Assembly: GCA_965220745.1 (NCBI GenBank)
Contig: CBDCQT010000013.1
Location: 320,001-384,000 of the forward strand
Direction of reading: 5' to 3'
Origin: Alphaproteobacteria bacterium
GTDB lineage: Bacteria; Pseudomonadota; Alphaproteobacteria; UBA828
Length of the DNA stretch: 64,000 bases
The notes under the pieces are model-generated. The model was not told where the DNA came from. It made no database searches and saw only the letters and a list, made by a program, of their open reading frames with translations. Of the stretch, positions 29,253 through 39,254 are shown one piece after another (within the stretch, counting starts at the first letter, position 1; each line of letters begins with the position of its first letter). Position numbers and translations under genes: made by a program.

Positions 29253-30119
29253 CTACCTCGTGCTCCCTGCGGTCAGGCCGCGGATGAGCCAGCGTTGGAA
29301 GAACATCGCCAACAGGTAGACCGGCACGATGCCGATCAGCGACGCTACCGACATCTGCCCGTAGCGCAGTTGCCGGTCGCCCTGATAGAGCGAGAGGCCC
29401 ACCGGCAGGGTCTGCGTGCTCTCGCTGCGCGTGAGGAAGGAGGCCAGGAGGAACTCGTTGTAGGCCAGGATCAGGCAGATGATCCCGGTGCTGATGATCC
29501 CCGGCATGAGCAGCGGCACAGTGATGCGAAACAGCACGGAGCCGTAGCCCGCGCCGTCGATCCGCGCGGCGTCCTCCAGCTCCTCCGGCAGGCGGCGCAC
29601 GAAGCTCGAGAGCAGCCAGAACGCGACCGGCAGGTTCATCACGCCGTAGACCAGCGCCATGCCGAAGAGCGTGTTCACCAGCCCGATCGAGCGCAGCAGG
29701 AAGAAGAGCGGGAAGAGCGCAACGATTGGCGGCGCCACATAGGTGGCGAGGATGAACGCCGGCAGGAACTTGCCGCCGACGCGGTAGCGCACGATGGCGT
29801 GGGTCGCGGGCACCGCGATGACCAGCGTCACCAGCGCGCCCAAAGCGGCGGCGACAATCGAGTTGCGCAGGTAAGTGCCGACCGCGACGGAGTTCCATGC
29901 GTCCGGGTAGTTCTGCCAGAACCACTCCTCCGGTACGAAGCCGCCGCTCGCGATATCCGGCTGCGTCTTAAACGACACCATGAGCATGAAGATCATGGGG
30001 AAGATGAAGAACAGCACGACCGCCGCAGTCCCCGCCCAGCGGGCGAGGGTCCAGAGATCGACCGGCGCGTCTGCGAGCCAGGTGCCGCCGTCGAACTTTC
30101 TGACTCGGGTGGCCGTCAC
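29253..30119 (-). CDS. Carbohydrate ABC permease (MalG-like)
   Basis: EAA loop LPEELEDAARIDGA, YNEFL, TLPV, FQR; GTGA overlap with the upstream stop. Confidence 0.9.
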   Translation of the reverse strand: MTATRVRKFDGGTWLADAPVDLWTLARWAGTAAVVLFFIFPMIFMLMVSFKTQPDIASGGFVPEEWFWQNYPDAWNSVAVGTYLRNSIVAAALGALVTLVIAVPATHAIVRYRVGGKFLPAFILATYVAPPIVALFPLFFLLRSIGLVNTLFGMALVYGVMNLPVAFWLLSSFVRRLPEELEDAARIDGAGYGSVLFRITVPLLMPGIISTGIICLILAYNEFLLASFLTRSESTQTLPVGLSLYQGDRQLRYGQMSVASLIGIVPVYLLAMFFQRWLIRGLTAGSTR

Positions 30120-31072
30120 GACAGCCTCTTCTCCGCGATGTCGTGGGCGGTGGTGAAGGGGATGGTGACGAGGCCCACCACCACCGCGAACACGAGGGTC
30201 TGCGCCGCCGCGGCGCCGATGTCGAATTGCTGGATCGCGACCCGGTAGATGTAGAAGCTCGATACCGTCGTCGCCTGGCCGGGCCCGCCGCCGGTCAGCA
30301 CGAAGACGAGGTCGAAGACCTTGAAGGCGATGACCAGCTTGAGCACCGCGATGGCGATTAGCGCCGGTGCCAGCATCGGCAGCGTGATGGACCAGAACAT
30401 CGCAGGGCCTGAGGCACCGTCGAGCTTCGCCGCCTCGTAGATGTCCTCCGGCAGGGTCTGCAGCGCGGCATAGGTCATCAGCGCGATGAAGGGCGTCCAC
30501 TGCCACACGTCCGCCAGACACACGAACGGGAACGCCATGGTGGGCGAGCCCAAGAAACTCACCGGCTGGCTGAAGAGAGCCATGTCCATCAGGAAGCTGT
30601 TGAGCCAGCCGCCCTTGGGCATGAGCAGGAGCTGCCACATGACGGCGACGGTGATAGGCGGAGTCATCAGCGGCAGGAGAATGAGCGTGCGCAGGATCTG
30701 CCGCCCCTTCACCGCGCGGTCGATGAGAAGGGCCACGCAAACGCCGAGGATGACCGACGCCAGCGTCGTCATCAGCGCGAAGACGATGGAGCGGAGGAGG
30801 GACGTGGTGAACTTCGCCTGGCCGATGGAGTCCGTGTAATGCTCGACGCCGACCCATCCTCGGAACAGCGTGCCGAGGTTGGAATCGGAAAAGGAGAGAA
30901 AGATCAGGTAGATGAACGGATAGACGGCGAACACGATCAAGCCGCCGATGAGCGGCATTACCACCGCCCAGCCGATCAGCCGGCGCCGGTCGATCCCGCC
31001 CGTGCCGGGCCAGCGCCGGCTTGTCGGCGGCCCTTGGCGCGTACGCTGCGGCGCGGTGTCGAGGTCAGCCAT
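30116..31072 (-). CDS. Carbohydrate ABC permease (MalF-like)
   Basis: DVWQWTPF, LPEDIYEAAKLDGA, FKVFD.V..LTGGGPG. Confidence 0.92.
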   Translation of the reverse strand: MADLDTAPQRTRQGPPTSRRWPGTGGIDRRRLIGWAVVMPLIGGLIVFAVYPFIYLIFLSFSDSNLGTLFRGWVGVEHYTDSIGQAKFTTSLLRSIVFALMTTLASVILGVCVALLIDRAVKGRQILRTLILLPLMTPPITVAVMWQLLLMPKGGWLNSFLMDMALFSQPVSFLGSPTMAFPFVCLADVWQWTPFIALMTYAALQTLPEDIYEAAKLDGASGPAMFWSITLPMLAPALIAIAVLKLVIAFKVFDLVFVLTGGGPGQATTVSSFYIYRVAIQQFDIGAAAAQTLVFAVVVGLVTIPFTTAHDIAEKRLS

Positions 31073-31140
31073 AACGGGAGGACAGGGCGGCCGCAGTCAG
31101 GGTAGTCCCTGAGCGTGCGGCCGCCCGTCCCATGGCTGTA

Positions 31141-32472
31141 CTAACCGAGGATATCCTCCCAGGAGGCCTGGGCATCGGCCATGGCCTGCTCGGCGGTCTT
31201 GTCGCCGGCCATCATCAGTCCAAGCTCGTCCGTGAGCGACTGCATGAGCTTGGGCGATTCCGGCTTCATCGGCCACGGGAAGGCATCGTCGATGGCCTGC
31301 TCCACGGCGTCCGCCTGCAGCGGCGCGAAGTCGCGATAGGCGGGCATCGCCGAGCGCCGGGTCGGGTCCACGCCGGTCGTGTTGTCGGTGAGCACGCGCA
31401 CGTGGAAGTCCTTGCTCGACGACATGCGCACGAACTCCCAGGCCATCTCGGGGTTGTGCGATCCGGACGAGACGCCGAAGGCCCAGCCCGCGTTCATCGC
31501 CGGCCGGTTGACCGTATTGCTGCCGGCGACCGGCATGGGCGACACGCCCCATTTGTCGACGATCTGGCTCTGATTAGCGTCCTGCGCCCAGGTGCCGAGG
31601 TCGGTCCAGAACTCGATCATGGCGGCGCCGCCGCTCAGGAACACCGGGATCGAGTTGCCGAACTCGGTCTCCAGCGGCGTCGGCACCGCAGAGGGACCGG
31701 CATCGAGCATCGTTTGCGCGGCGCCGATCGCGGCGTCGCTGGTCAATGCCGGCGCGCCATTGGCGTCGAGGAAGTCGCCGCCGTAGCCGCCCAGCCGGTT
31801 CGCGTAGGTGGAGCACAGGATGATCGGGAACTGCTTGCACATCAGCAGCGCGCCATAGACGCCGTTGGCCGACTCAGCATCCGTTACCGCCTTGGCGACC
31901 GCATTGTACTCGTCCCACGTCGCCGGCGGCGTCAGCCCGTTCCGGTCGAGAATTTCCTTGTTGTAGAAGAGGACGTGCGTGTCGCCGTCATAGGGCAGGC
32001 CGTAGCGGCGGCCGCCCACCTCGGTATAGGCATCGTACAGCGCGCCTAGGAAGTCGGCGGGGTCGATGTCGGCCTCTTCCGCCGCGATGCGGTCGGTGAT
32101 GTCGGCGAGCACGCCGTCCCGCACCAGCGCTTCCTTGTCGACGTACCAATACTGGAAGACGTCGATCTCGTTGGTGCCGGACATCACGTCGAGCGTCGAC
32201 TGCGCCGTGATCTGGTCGTAGGGCACCTTCACCGCTTCGACATTGGCGCCGGTGAGCTCGGTGAAGCCCTCGGAGAGCGGCTTGATAGAGCCGGCATGCG
32301 GGTTGATGATCATGAAGCGCAGGGTCTCGCCGGACCAGTCCGACGCCTGTGCGCGCCCTGCAAACGCGCCTGAGCCTGCAGCGGTCAGCGCAGCAGCGCC
32401 TGCCGCCGTACCTTTAAGGAAAGACCGCCGCGAGAGCGGTGCTCTCGACCAGCTTGTTCTGTGGTCATCCAT
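31141..32472 (-). CDS. Tat-exported carbohydrate (CUT1) ABC substrate-binding protein
   Basis: SRRSFLK twin-arginine motif; YGLPYDGD...LFYNK, PATWDEY; start at MDDHR with a GAGGAGG RBS. Confidence 0.9.
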   Translation of the reverse strand: MDDHRTSWSRAPLSRRSFLKGTAAGAAALTAAGSGAFAGRAQASDWSGETLRFMIINPHAGSIKPLSEGFTELTGANVEAVKVPYDQITAQSTLDVMSGTNEIDVFQYWYVDKEALVRDGVLADITDRIAAEEADIDPADFLGALYDAYTEVGGRRYGLPYDGDTHVLFYNKEILDRNGLTPPATWDEYNAVAKAVTDAESANGVYGALLMCKQFPIILCSTYANRLGGYGGDFLDANGAPALTSDAAIGAAQTMLDAGPSAVPTPLETEFGNSIPVFLSGGAAMIEFWTDLGTWAQDANQSQIVDKWGVSPMPVAGSNTVNRPAMNAGWAFGVSSGSHNPEMAWEFVRMSSSKDFHVRVLTDNTTGVDPTRRSAMPAYRDFAPLQADAVEQAIDDAFPWPMKPESPKLMQSLTDELGLMMAGDKTAEQAMADAQASWEDILG

Positions 32473-32711
32473 CGATTGAATCCTCCTCGTGAGCCGTGTT
32501 CGGTTGTGCTGCGATAACGCCTCGCCTTGCTTCCCAATAGGGGATGCACGCGCGCCCATCAACTCAAAACGGGATACAATGCGTTCTCGGAGGCGTCTGA
32601 ACCGATGAGTTGGTCAGTCTGCCTTGACGTTTCCGCGAAAGTTTCGTGAATATCCGTTCCGGCCGCGCAGAAGAACGCGGCGCCAGCAGCCAGCGCCGAG
32701 AGCGAAATTCG

Positions 32712-34325
32712 ATGGGCAAGGGAGACGGCGGCGAGGGAGCGGCCGCCGGGGATGGCGGTCCTGCACTTGAGGTCGAGCTGACGCTCGGCGGCGATCCCGC
32801 CGCCCTCGATCGCGGTTGGCGCGCGGCGGTTCCCGCGGATGGCGGCGGAACCGCCCAGCGGCTGCGGAGCACCTATTTCGACACTGGCGACTTCCGCCTG
32901 CGTCGGCGAGGCTTCACGCTGCGCATTCGTGAGGATGGGGAACGGCTGGTCCAGACCCTGAAGTCCGACGGGCCGTCGTCAGCCGCTGCCGTGCTTAAGC
33001 GCAACGAGTGGACTCGCATGGTCGAGAAGCCAGTGCCGAGCCTCCCCGTCGCGCCTGATCCAGCGGTGCGCAATGCGGTGGGGCCGCTCAAATCCGCCGA
33101 ACTGGCGCCGACGTTCTCCACCGACGTGATGCGCCGCACCGCCGTGGTCGAGGTTGCCGCGCCGGATCACAGCACCGCCCTTGTCGAGCTCGCGCTCGAC
33201 AGCGGAGAGATCAAGGCGCGTGACCGGCGCGACACCGTCTCCGAGCTGGAGCTGGAACTGATCAAGGGGCCGGCAAGCGCACTCTACGAGCTCGCCATAA
33301 CGCTGCAGGCCTCTGCGCCGCTCCGCATACAGACGGCGAGCAAAGCCAAGCGCGGCTACGTCCTTGCTGGCGGGGAGGGCTACGCCGGCTACAAGGCGCC
33401 GGCGCTCGCGCTTGCGCGGGGCATCTCCGTAAACGAGGCCCTGGGCAAGATTTTTCGCGTGTGTGCCAATCAGTGTGCGGCGAATCACGATGCAGTGCTG
33501 GACCGCAGTGATCCGGAAGGCGTGCACCAGTTTCGTGTCGCGTTGCGCCGGATGCGCTCGGCTCTCGTGGTCTTCAAGACGGTTCTTCCGCCAGAACACA
33601 CTGCCTGGCTGAACAGGGAAGCCAGCCGTCTCATCGACGTGCTCGGCCCGGCACGCGATTGGGACGTGTTCATCACCGAGACGCTTGCGACCGTCCGGGC
33701 CGCCCGGCCGGACGACGAGACACTGGAGCGCCTCGCCGAAGCGGCCGAGACGGAGCGTGCCCGTGCCTACGGGCAGGCAGAGGCGCTGCGCGCGCCCGAC
33801 TACACGGAATTCCTGCTTCGCTTCGGCCGGTGGATCGAGACGGCGGGTTGGCGGGACGGGGCGAACCCTGCCGTGATCGATCAGCCGCTCGCACGCCTTG
33901 GAGGGCGCTTGCTCGACAAGCGCCACAAGCGCGTGTTGAAGCGCGGGCGCGACTTCGAGCAACTGTCGGACGCCGACCTGCACCGGCTCAGGATCTCGCT
34001 CAAGAAGCTGCGCTATGCAGGTGAGTTCTTCGCGACCCAGTTCCCAGACGGCAAGCCACGTCCCTACATCAGGACGTTGCGTCGGCTGCAAGACGATCTC
34101 GGCCAGCTCAACGACGCATCGGTTGCGGAACGCTGTCTGAAAGTTCTCCTCGATGCCCAGCGCGAAAGCGACCATCTCGCCGCGCTCGGAGTGGGTGCCG
34201 GGCAGGTGATCGGATGGCACGCTCGCGCCCGTGAGGAGACCCGGAGCCAAATGACCGAAGATTGGCACGCTTTCGCTGCCACCGAGCCCTATTGGCGCAC
34301 CACCGCGGCGGAATCAGGCGGCTGA
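32712..34325 (+). CDS. CYTH + CHAD domain protein (inorganic triphosphatase / polyphosphate-binding)
   Basis: EVEL, STYFDT...L, TLRIR, QTLK, ELELEL, SKAKRGY (CYTH); VHQFRVALRRMRS, LGPARDWDV, LHRLRI..KKLRY, LQDDLG.LND (CHAD). Confidence 0.9.
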   Translation: MGKGDGGEGAAAGDGGPALEVELTLGGDPAALDRGWRAAVPADGGGTAQRLRSTYFDTGDFRLRRRGFTLRIREDGERLVQTLKSDGPSSAAAVLKRNEWTRMVEKPVPSLPVAPDPAVRNAVGPLKSAELAPTFSTDVMRRTAVVEVAAPDHSTALVELALDSGEIKARDRRDTVSELELELIKGPASALYELAITLQASAPLRIQTASKAKRGYVLAGGEGYAGYKAPALALARGISVNEALGKIFRVCANQCAANHDAVLDRSDPEGVHQFRVALRRMRSALVVFKTVLPPEHTAWLNREASRLIDVLGPARDWDVFITETLATVRAARPDDETLERLAEAAETERARAYGQAEALRAPDYTEFLLRFGRWIETAGWRDGANPAVIDQPLARLGGRLLDKRHKRVLKRGRDFEQLSDADLHRLRISLKKLRYAGEFFATQFPDGKPRPYIRTLRRLQDDLGQLNDASVAERCLKVLLDAQRESDHLAALGVGAGQVIGWHARAREETRSQMTEDWHAFAATEPYWRTTAAESGG

Positions 34326-34467
34326 TCCTGTCGGAATCCGAAGCATCCGCGTCGCATCGAAGCCGATAGTCGCCAACTCCCCCATGATATGAGGAGGAGG
34401 GGAGGTGGTGCGGCCCGTCACTTCAGGGTACGCGCGCTGACTCTCGAGAAACCGAGAGAGTTCCGCC

Positions 34468-36954
34468 ATGCCCGAGATCATGAGGGACGACGGCGGCGTG
34501 GGCGCCGGCAAGCCGCTCCCGAGTCACGCCAGGGTCGTCGTCATCGGCGGCGGCGTGGTGGGTTGTTCGATCCTCTTCCACCTAGCCAAGTTCGGCTGGA
34601 AGGACGTGATCCTGCTGGAGCGGGAAGAGCTCACCGCCGGATCGTCCTGGCACGCGGCCGGGATGATCCATACGCTGTCGTCGGATCCCAACATCTCCCG
34701 CCTGCAGGGCTACACGATCAATCTCTACAAGGAGATCGAGGAGACCTCGGGCCAGTCCGTCGGTCTGCACAACACCGGCGGCTTCTACCTCGCCTCCACC
34801 AGGGATTGGTACGACTACCTGAAGCGCGAGCGCTCCAAGGCACGCTACATGGGGCTCGACCAGGAATTCATCTCGCCGAAGGAGGTCGCGGAGCGCCATC
34901 CCCTGATCGATCCGAAGCACTACTACGCGGCACTCTGGGACGAGCTCGACGGCGACGTCGACCCCTCCGGAGCGACCTACGCCTTCGCCAAGTCCGCGCG
35001 CGTCCACGGTGCGCAGTATTTCACGCGGACTCCGGTGGTGGAGACCAACCAACGGCCGGACGGCTCGTGGGACGTGGTCACGCCGCGCGGCACGGTAAAC
35101 GCCGAGCACATCGTGAACTGCGGCGGGCTCTGGGCGCGCGAGGTGGGCCAATTGGCGGGCGTCGCGCTCCCGGTCCAGCCGATGGAGCATCACTACCTCA
35201 TTACCGACACGATCCCCGTGATCGCGGAGAGGATGGGGGAAGGCGGCGCTGGCCACTTGCCGGGGGGTATCGACTACGAGGCCAACATCTATTTCCGGCA
35301 GGAGCGGCACGGCGTCCTGCTCGGCACATACGAGCCCAAGTCCACGCCGTGGAACGTCTCCGGCACGCCGCTCGACTTCGGCCAGGAGCTGCTGCCGCAT
35401 GACCTCGACCGCATCGCCGACCGGCTAGAAATGTCGTTCGAACGCATCCCGGCGCTCGGCGAGGCGGGGATCAAGGATGTCATCTGTGGACCCTTTACCT
35501 TCGGCCCCGACGGCAACCCCATGATCGGCCCGGTGCCGGGAGTACGGAACTACTGGGTCGCCGTGGGCGTCATGGCCGGCTTCTGCCAGGGCGGCGGGGT
35601 CGGTCGCAGCATGGCCGAGTGGATGATCGACGGCGAGCCTTCGATCGACGTGTGGGCGATGGATATCGCCCGCTTCGGCGAGTTCGCGACACCCGAGTGG
35701 GGCACGGTCAAGTCGGCGGAGAATTACGAGCGCCGCTTCGTGATGACCTTTCCCAACGAGACCCTGCCGAAGGGCCGCCGCCAAAAGACCACCGCGCTAC
35801 ACGACCGGCTGGTCGCCAAGGGCGCGGTGATGGACCAGGGTTTCGGGCTGGAGCACGCGCTCTGGTTCGCCGATGGGCCGGAGGATGCCCACGAAGACCC
35901 ATCCTTCCGTCGCTCCCGCGCCCACGATTACGTCGCGCTCGAAGTGAAGGCGGTTCGCGAGGCGGTGGGCTGCATCGAGATCGCCAACTATTCCAAGCAC
36001 GGCTTCGAAGGCCCCGGTGCCCGCGGCTTCCTGGATCGTGTGCTGGCCGGCCGCGTGCCTAGACCCGGCCGCATCGCGCTGACGCCAATGCTTACCGAGC
36101 AGGGCAAACTCTACGGCGATCTTACGGTCGCTTGCCTGGCGGAAGATCGCTTCATGTTGGTTGGCTCCGGCGTCATGCAGGAGGCGCATCGGCGTTGGTT
36201 CGAGCAACGCCTCGGCACCGGCGTCGAGTACCGGAACCTCTCGGACGCGTTGCACGGTATCGCGCTCTCGGGCCCGAACTCGCGCGATCTGCTCGCCCGC
36301 ATCACCCGCGACGATGTGTCAGCGGAAAGTTTCCGGTTCCGCGACATCCGCGAGAGTTTTGTCGGCGGCGTCCCGGCGATCGTGTCGCGGCTCAGCTTCT
36401 CGGGCGAGCTCGGCTACGAGATCTATGTCGCGCCGCAGTACCAGATCGCGTTGGCGGAGGCGATCGAGGAGGCCGGCGCCGATCTTGGGCTGCGCTGGTA
36501 CGGGGCGCGGACGCTGATGTCGCTTCGGTTGGAGAAGGCCTGGGGCGTCTGGACGCTCGACTATCGCCCCGACTTCACCGCGGCCGAGAGTGGGCTCGAC
36601 GCCTTCATCCAGTGGGACAAGGAGTTCGTCGGCAAGGCTGCGGCCGCGGCCGAGCGGCGCGCGGGGCCTGCTAGGCGCCTGGTGCCCTTGGTGATCGACT
36701 CCCCGTCAATCGACGGCGAACCCATCGACGTTTCCAACGACGAGGCAATTCTGCGAGACGGCACAGCGGTCGGATACGTAAGTTCCGGCGGCTACGCGCA
36801 CCATGTCGGGCAGTCTATGGCGATGGGTTATGTGCCGACGGAGATGGCGGCGACCGACGAACGCTTCGACGTCGAGATATTGGGAGAGATGTTCCCGGCG
36901 CGCGTTCAGACTACGCCGCTCTACGACCCCAACGGCGGGAGAATGCGGAGCTGA
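34468..36954 (+). CDS. GcvT-family FAD-dependent dehydrogenase (dimethylglycine/sarcosine dehydrogenase-like)
   Basis: IGGGVVG, LTAGSSWHAAG, GPFTF.PDGNP.IGP, SFSGELGYEI, SLRLEK, LYDP.G.RMRS. Confidence 0.92.
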   Translation: MPEIMRDDGGVGAGKPLPSHARVVVIGGGVVGCSILFHLAKFGWKDVILLEREELTAGSSWHAAGMIHTLSSDPNISRLQGYTINLYKEIEETSGQSVGLHNTGGFYLASTRDWYDYLKRERSKARYMGLDQEFISPKEVAERHPLIDPKHYYAALWDELDGDVDPSGATYAFAKSARVHGAQYFTRTPVVETNQRPDGSWDVVTPRGTVNAEHIVNCGGLWAREVGQLAGVALPVQPMEHHYLITDTIPVIAERMGEGGAGHLPGGIDYEANIYFRQERHGVLLGTYEPKSTPWNVSGTPLDFGQELLPHDLDRIADRLEMSFERIPALGEAGIKDVICGPFTFGPDGNPMIGPVPGVRNYWVAVGVMAGFCQGGGVGRSMAEWMIDGEPSIDVWAMDIARFGEFATPEWGTVKSAENYERRFVMTFPNETLPKGRRQKTTALHDRLVAKGAVMDQGFGLEHALWFADGPEDAHEDPSFRRSRAHDYVALEVKAVREAVGCIEIANYSKHGFEGPGARGFLDRVLAGRVPRPGRIALTPMLTEQGKLYGDLTVACLAEDRFMLVGSGVMQEAHRRWFEQRLGTGVEYRNLSDALHGIALSGPNSRDLLARITRDDVSAESFRFRDIRESFVGGVPAIVSRLSFSGELGYEIYVAPQYQIALAEAIEEAGADLGLRWYGARTLMSLRLEKAWGVWTLDYRPDFTAAESGLDAFIQWDKEFVGKAAAAAERRAGPARRLVPLVIDSPSIDGEPIDVSNDEAILRDGTAVGYVSSGGYAHHVGQSMAMGYVPTEMAATDERFDVEILGEMFPARVQTTPLYDPNGGRMRS

Positions 36955-37164
36955 ATTGGCACCATGATCGTCGTCGACTACCGCTTACTGAGTTCCTGGT
37001 GCGACGACGCGCGCTTTCCCGACGGAGCCAAGGGCGACAGGGCATCAGCAATGGGCTAGGTTTGGTCGGCCAGTTCGTTTGGGGCGGGGAGAATGGGGCC
37101 GCGTATCTCTTTCCAAGAGCGGTGCAGCGGTGCCGGCATAGAGCGACACTCGGAGGAAAAGCGG

Positions 37165-38889
37165 ATGAAAGACAGAAAAGTTCTAAGCCGTGATCCACGG
37201 CGCTATACGCTGCCGTCGGAGCGCGCATTGGGCGCCGAGACGCATTCCTATATGCCCGAGCTTTGCGACCAGGTTCGGACGGGCAAGATCAGCCGGCGCG
37301 ACTTCCTGCGTCAGGCGGCGTTGCTCGGCATGGCGACCGGCACGGTCTATGCCATGGCCGACAAGCTGGCCGGAGGCGGTGACGTGATCGGCTCTGCGAT
37401 AGCCGACGAAATGCCAAAGGCGGGCGGCACGCTCAGGGTCTCCATGCGTGTGCAGGAGATGAGCGATCCTGCGTCCTTCGACTGGGGCGAGAAGGCGAAC
37501 GTCGCGCGCTTCATCGTCGAGTATCTGACCCGGACCAAGTCGGATAACGTCACGGTTCCCTACCTCGCCAAGAGTTGGGAGGCCTCCGACGACCTCAAGA
37601 CCTGGGTCTTCCATTTGAACGAGGGCATAACCTGGTCCAACGGCGACGCCTTCACCTCAGCTGACGTGGCCCACACGGTCAACCGCTGGCTCGACCCCGC
37701 GACCGGATCGTCCAACCTCGGGCTCTTCGGCGCCATGGTCGAGGAAGTCGACGGCGTCAAGCGGGGCATCCCCGGTGCGGTCGAGGTGATCGACGACCAC
37801 ACCATCCAATTCAACCTGAAACAGGCCGCTCTGGCCATGCCGGAGAACTTCTACAACTACCCGACCGCCATCGTGCATCGGGGCTTCGGTACGGACTACG
37901 AGGCAAATCTCTCGACGAATCCCATCGGCACTGGCCCGTTCGAGTTGGCCAACTTTGCAGTCGGCGAGGTGGCAATCCTGAAGAGGGCGCGAGACTGGTG
38001 GGCCGGGCCGTTCTACCTCGATGAAATCCACTACTTCGACCACGGCGAGGACACCAACGCCTGGGTCGCAGCGCTGGCGTCGCAGCAGGTAGACACGCTT
38101 TACCGATTGCCCAACAGCGCAATCGAGACGGTACAGGCTCTGCCATTCATGGAGATCCACAAGGCGACAACGGCGCAGACCGCGGTCATGCGCTTCCGCG
38201 TTACCGAGAAGCCCTTCGACAATCTCAAGCTCCGCCAGGCGGTGGCGGCCTGCATGGACCATCAAGAGATCCTGGACAAGGCGTTCAAGGGTTACGGCCA
38301 GATCGCCGAGAATCATCATGTTTGTCAGATCCATCCCGAGTATGCGGCGCTGCCGCCGCTCAAGCGGGATATAGAGAAGGCGAAGGCGCTCTTGGCCGAG
38401 GCCGGCTATGCCGATGGGATCACGCTCGAGATCGCCAACGGCGACACTGAGGGCCCCTGGCAGACGGACGCCTGTGCGATATTCAAGAACCAGGCTGCGC
38501 CGGCGGGCATCAATATCGAGATCAACAAGATGCCGGCCAGCCAGTACTGGGAGGTCTGGGACAAGGCTCCGTGGGGCTACACCGCCTGGACGCATCGTGC
38601 GCTAGGCACCATGGTGCTGGGGCTTGCCTACCGGGCCGGCGTGCCGTGGAACGAATGCGCCTACGACAACCCGGCGTTCGATGCAGCGCTCGACGATGCA
38701 GAGGGTACGCTCGACGTGAACGAGCGCAAGAAGAAGATGGCTGTCTGCCAGAAGATCCTGCAGGACGATGCGATCATCCCGCAGCCCTTCTGGCGCTCTG
38801 TGTTCAAGGCATCGAATAAGCGGGTGAAGGGTCTGATGACCCACCCCACGCTTTACCACCAGTTCCACGAGGTTTGGCTGGACGGTTGA
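37165..38889 (+). CDS. Dpp/Opp-type (family 5) ABC substrate-binding protein, Tat-exported
   Basis: SRRDFLR motif; LAKSWEASDD..TW.F.L, W.NG..FT..DV, PIGTGPF; start at MKDRK with a GGAGG RBS. Confidence 0.9.
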   Translation: MKDRKVLSRDPRRYTLPSERALGAETHSYMPELCDQVRTGKISRRDFLRQAALLGMATGTVYAMADKLAGGGDVIGSAIADEMPKAGGTLRVSMRVQEMSDPASFDWGEKANVARFIVEYLTRTKSDNVTVPYLAKSWEASDDLKTWVFHLNEGITWSNGDAFTSADVAHTVNRWLDPATGSSNLGLFGAMVEEVDGVKRGIPGAVEVIDDHTIQFNLKQAALAMPENFYNYPTAIVHRGFGTDYEANLSTNPIGTGPFELANFAVGEVAILKRARDWWAGPFYLDEIHYFDHGEDTNAWVAALASQQVDTLYRLPNSAIETVQALPFMEIHKATTAQTAVMRFRVTEKPFDNLKLRQAVAACMDHQEILDKAFKGYGQIAENHHVCQIHPEYAALPPLKRDIEKAKALLAEAGYADGITLEIANGDTEGPWQTDACAIFKNQAAPAGINIEINKMPASQYWEVWDKAPWGYTAWTHRALGTMVLGLAYRAGVPWNECAYDNPAFDAALDDAEGTLDVNERKKKMAVCQKILQDDAIIPQPFWRSVFKASNKRVKGLMTHPTLYHQFHEVWLDG

Positions 38890-38896
38890 GCAGAGA

Positions 38897-38928
38897 GCGG
38901 CGCGGGAGGCACAAGTCTCCCGCGCCGC
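38897..38928 (+). terminator. Strong stem-loop after the SBP gene
   Basis: GCGGCGCGGGAG-N8-CTCCCGCGCCGC followed by GATTT. Confidence 0.6.
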
Positions 38929-38968
38929 GATTTCCACTTGGGCAAGTGCCCTTGGTGCGGGGCGTCTA

Positions 38969-39239
38969 CTAGCCTGGATTTCTCACCAATGTCACAGCCT
39001 GCGTCGCGCCCAGACGTTCGATCCGCCAGGAGCGGGCCGAAAAGCGTATCAGGGAATACGGTTGAGGTTCGCGACGCCGCGGGCGAGCGCCGGGGCGCGA
39101 CCCGAAGGGCGGTGCTTTCAGGCCGACAGAGTGCGTCAAGCCGTTTGCCCGATGCCCCACATCGCGCTGCACGGCTTTCCTGCTCTGTCGGCCTGAAAGC
39201 ACCGCGCAGACCATGACATTGGTGAGAAAGCCGGGCTAG
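38969..39239 (+). mobile_element. Non-autonomous palindromic element (MITE/RPE-like), copy 1
   Basis: CTAG at both ends; 26-bp terminal inverted repeat (24/26 matched); perfect 23-bp internal stem 39109-31/39183-205; homologous to 49699-49970. Confidence 0.8.
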
Positions 39240-39254
39240 ACACCGGCGTTCGGC

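Noticed and set aside
34326-34467. Possible riboswitch upstream of the GcvT-family gene
   Set aside because: No glycine, THF or SAM aptamer consensus recognisable by eye
38969-39214. Similar 81-aa and 96-aa minus-strand ORFs (also 49699-49989) sharing QPYSLIRFS.RSWRIERLGATQAVTL
   Set aside because: Similarity is a by-product of the repeat; substitutions follow base-pairing rather than codon position, and the copies differ by a 1-nt indel
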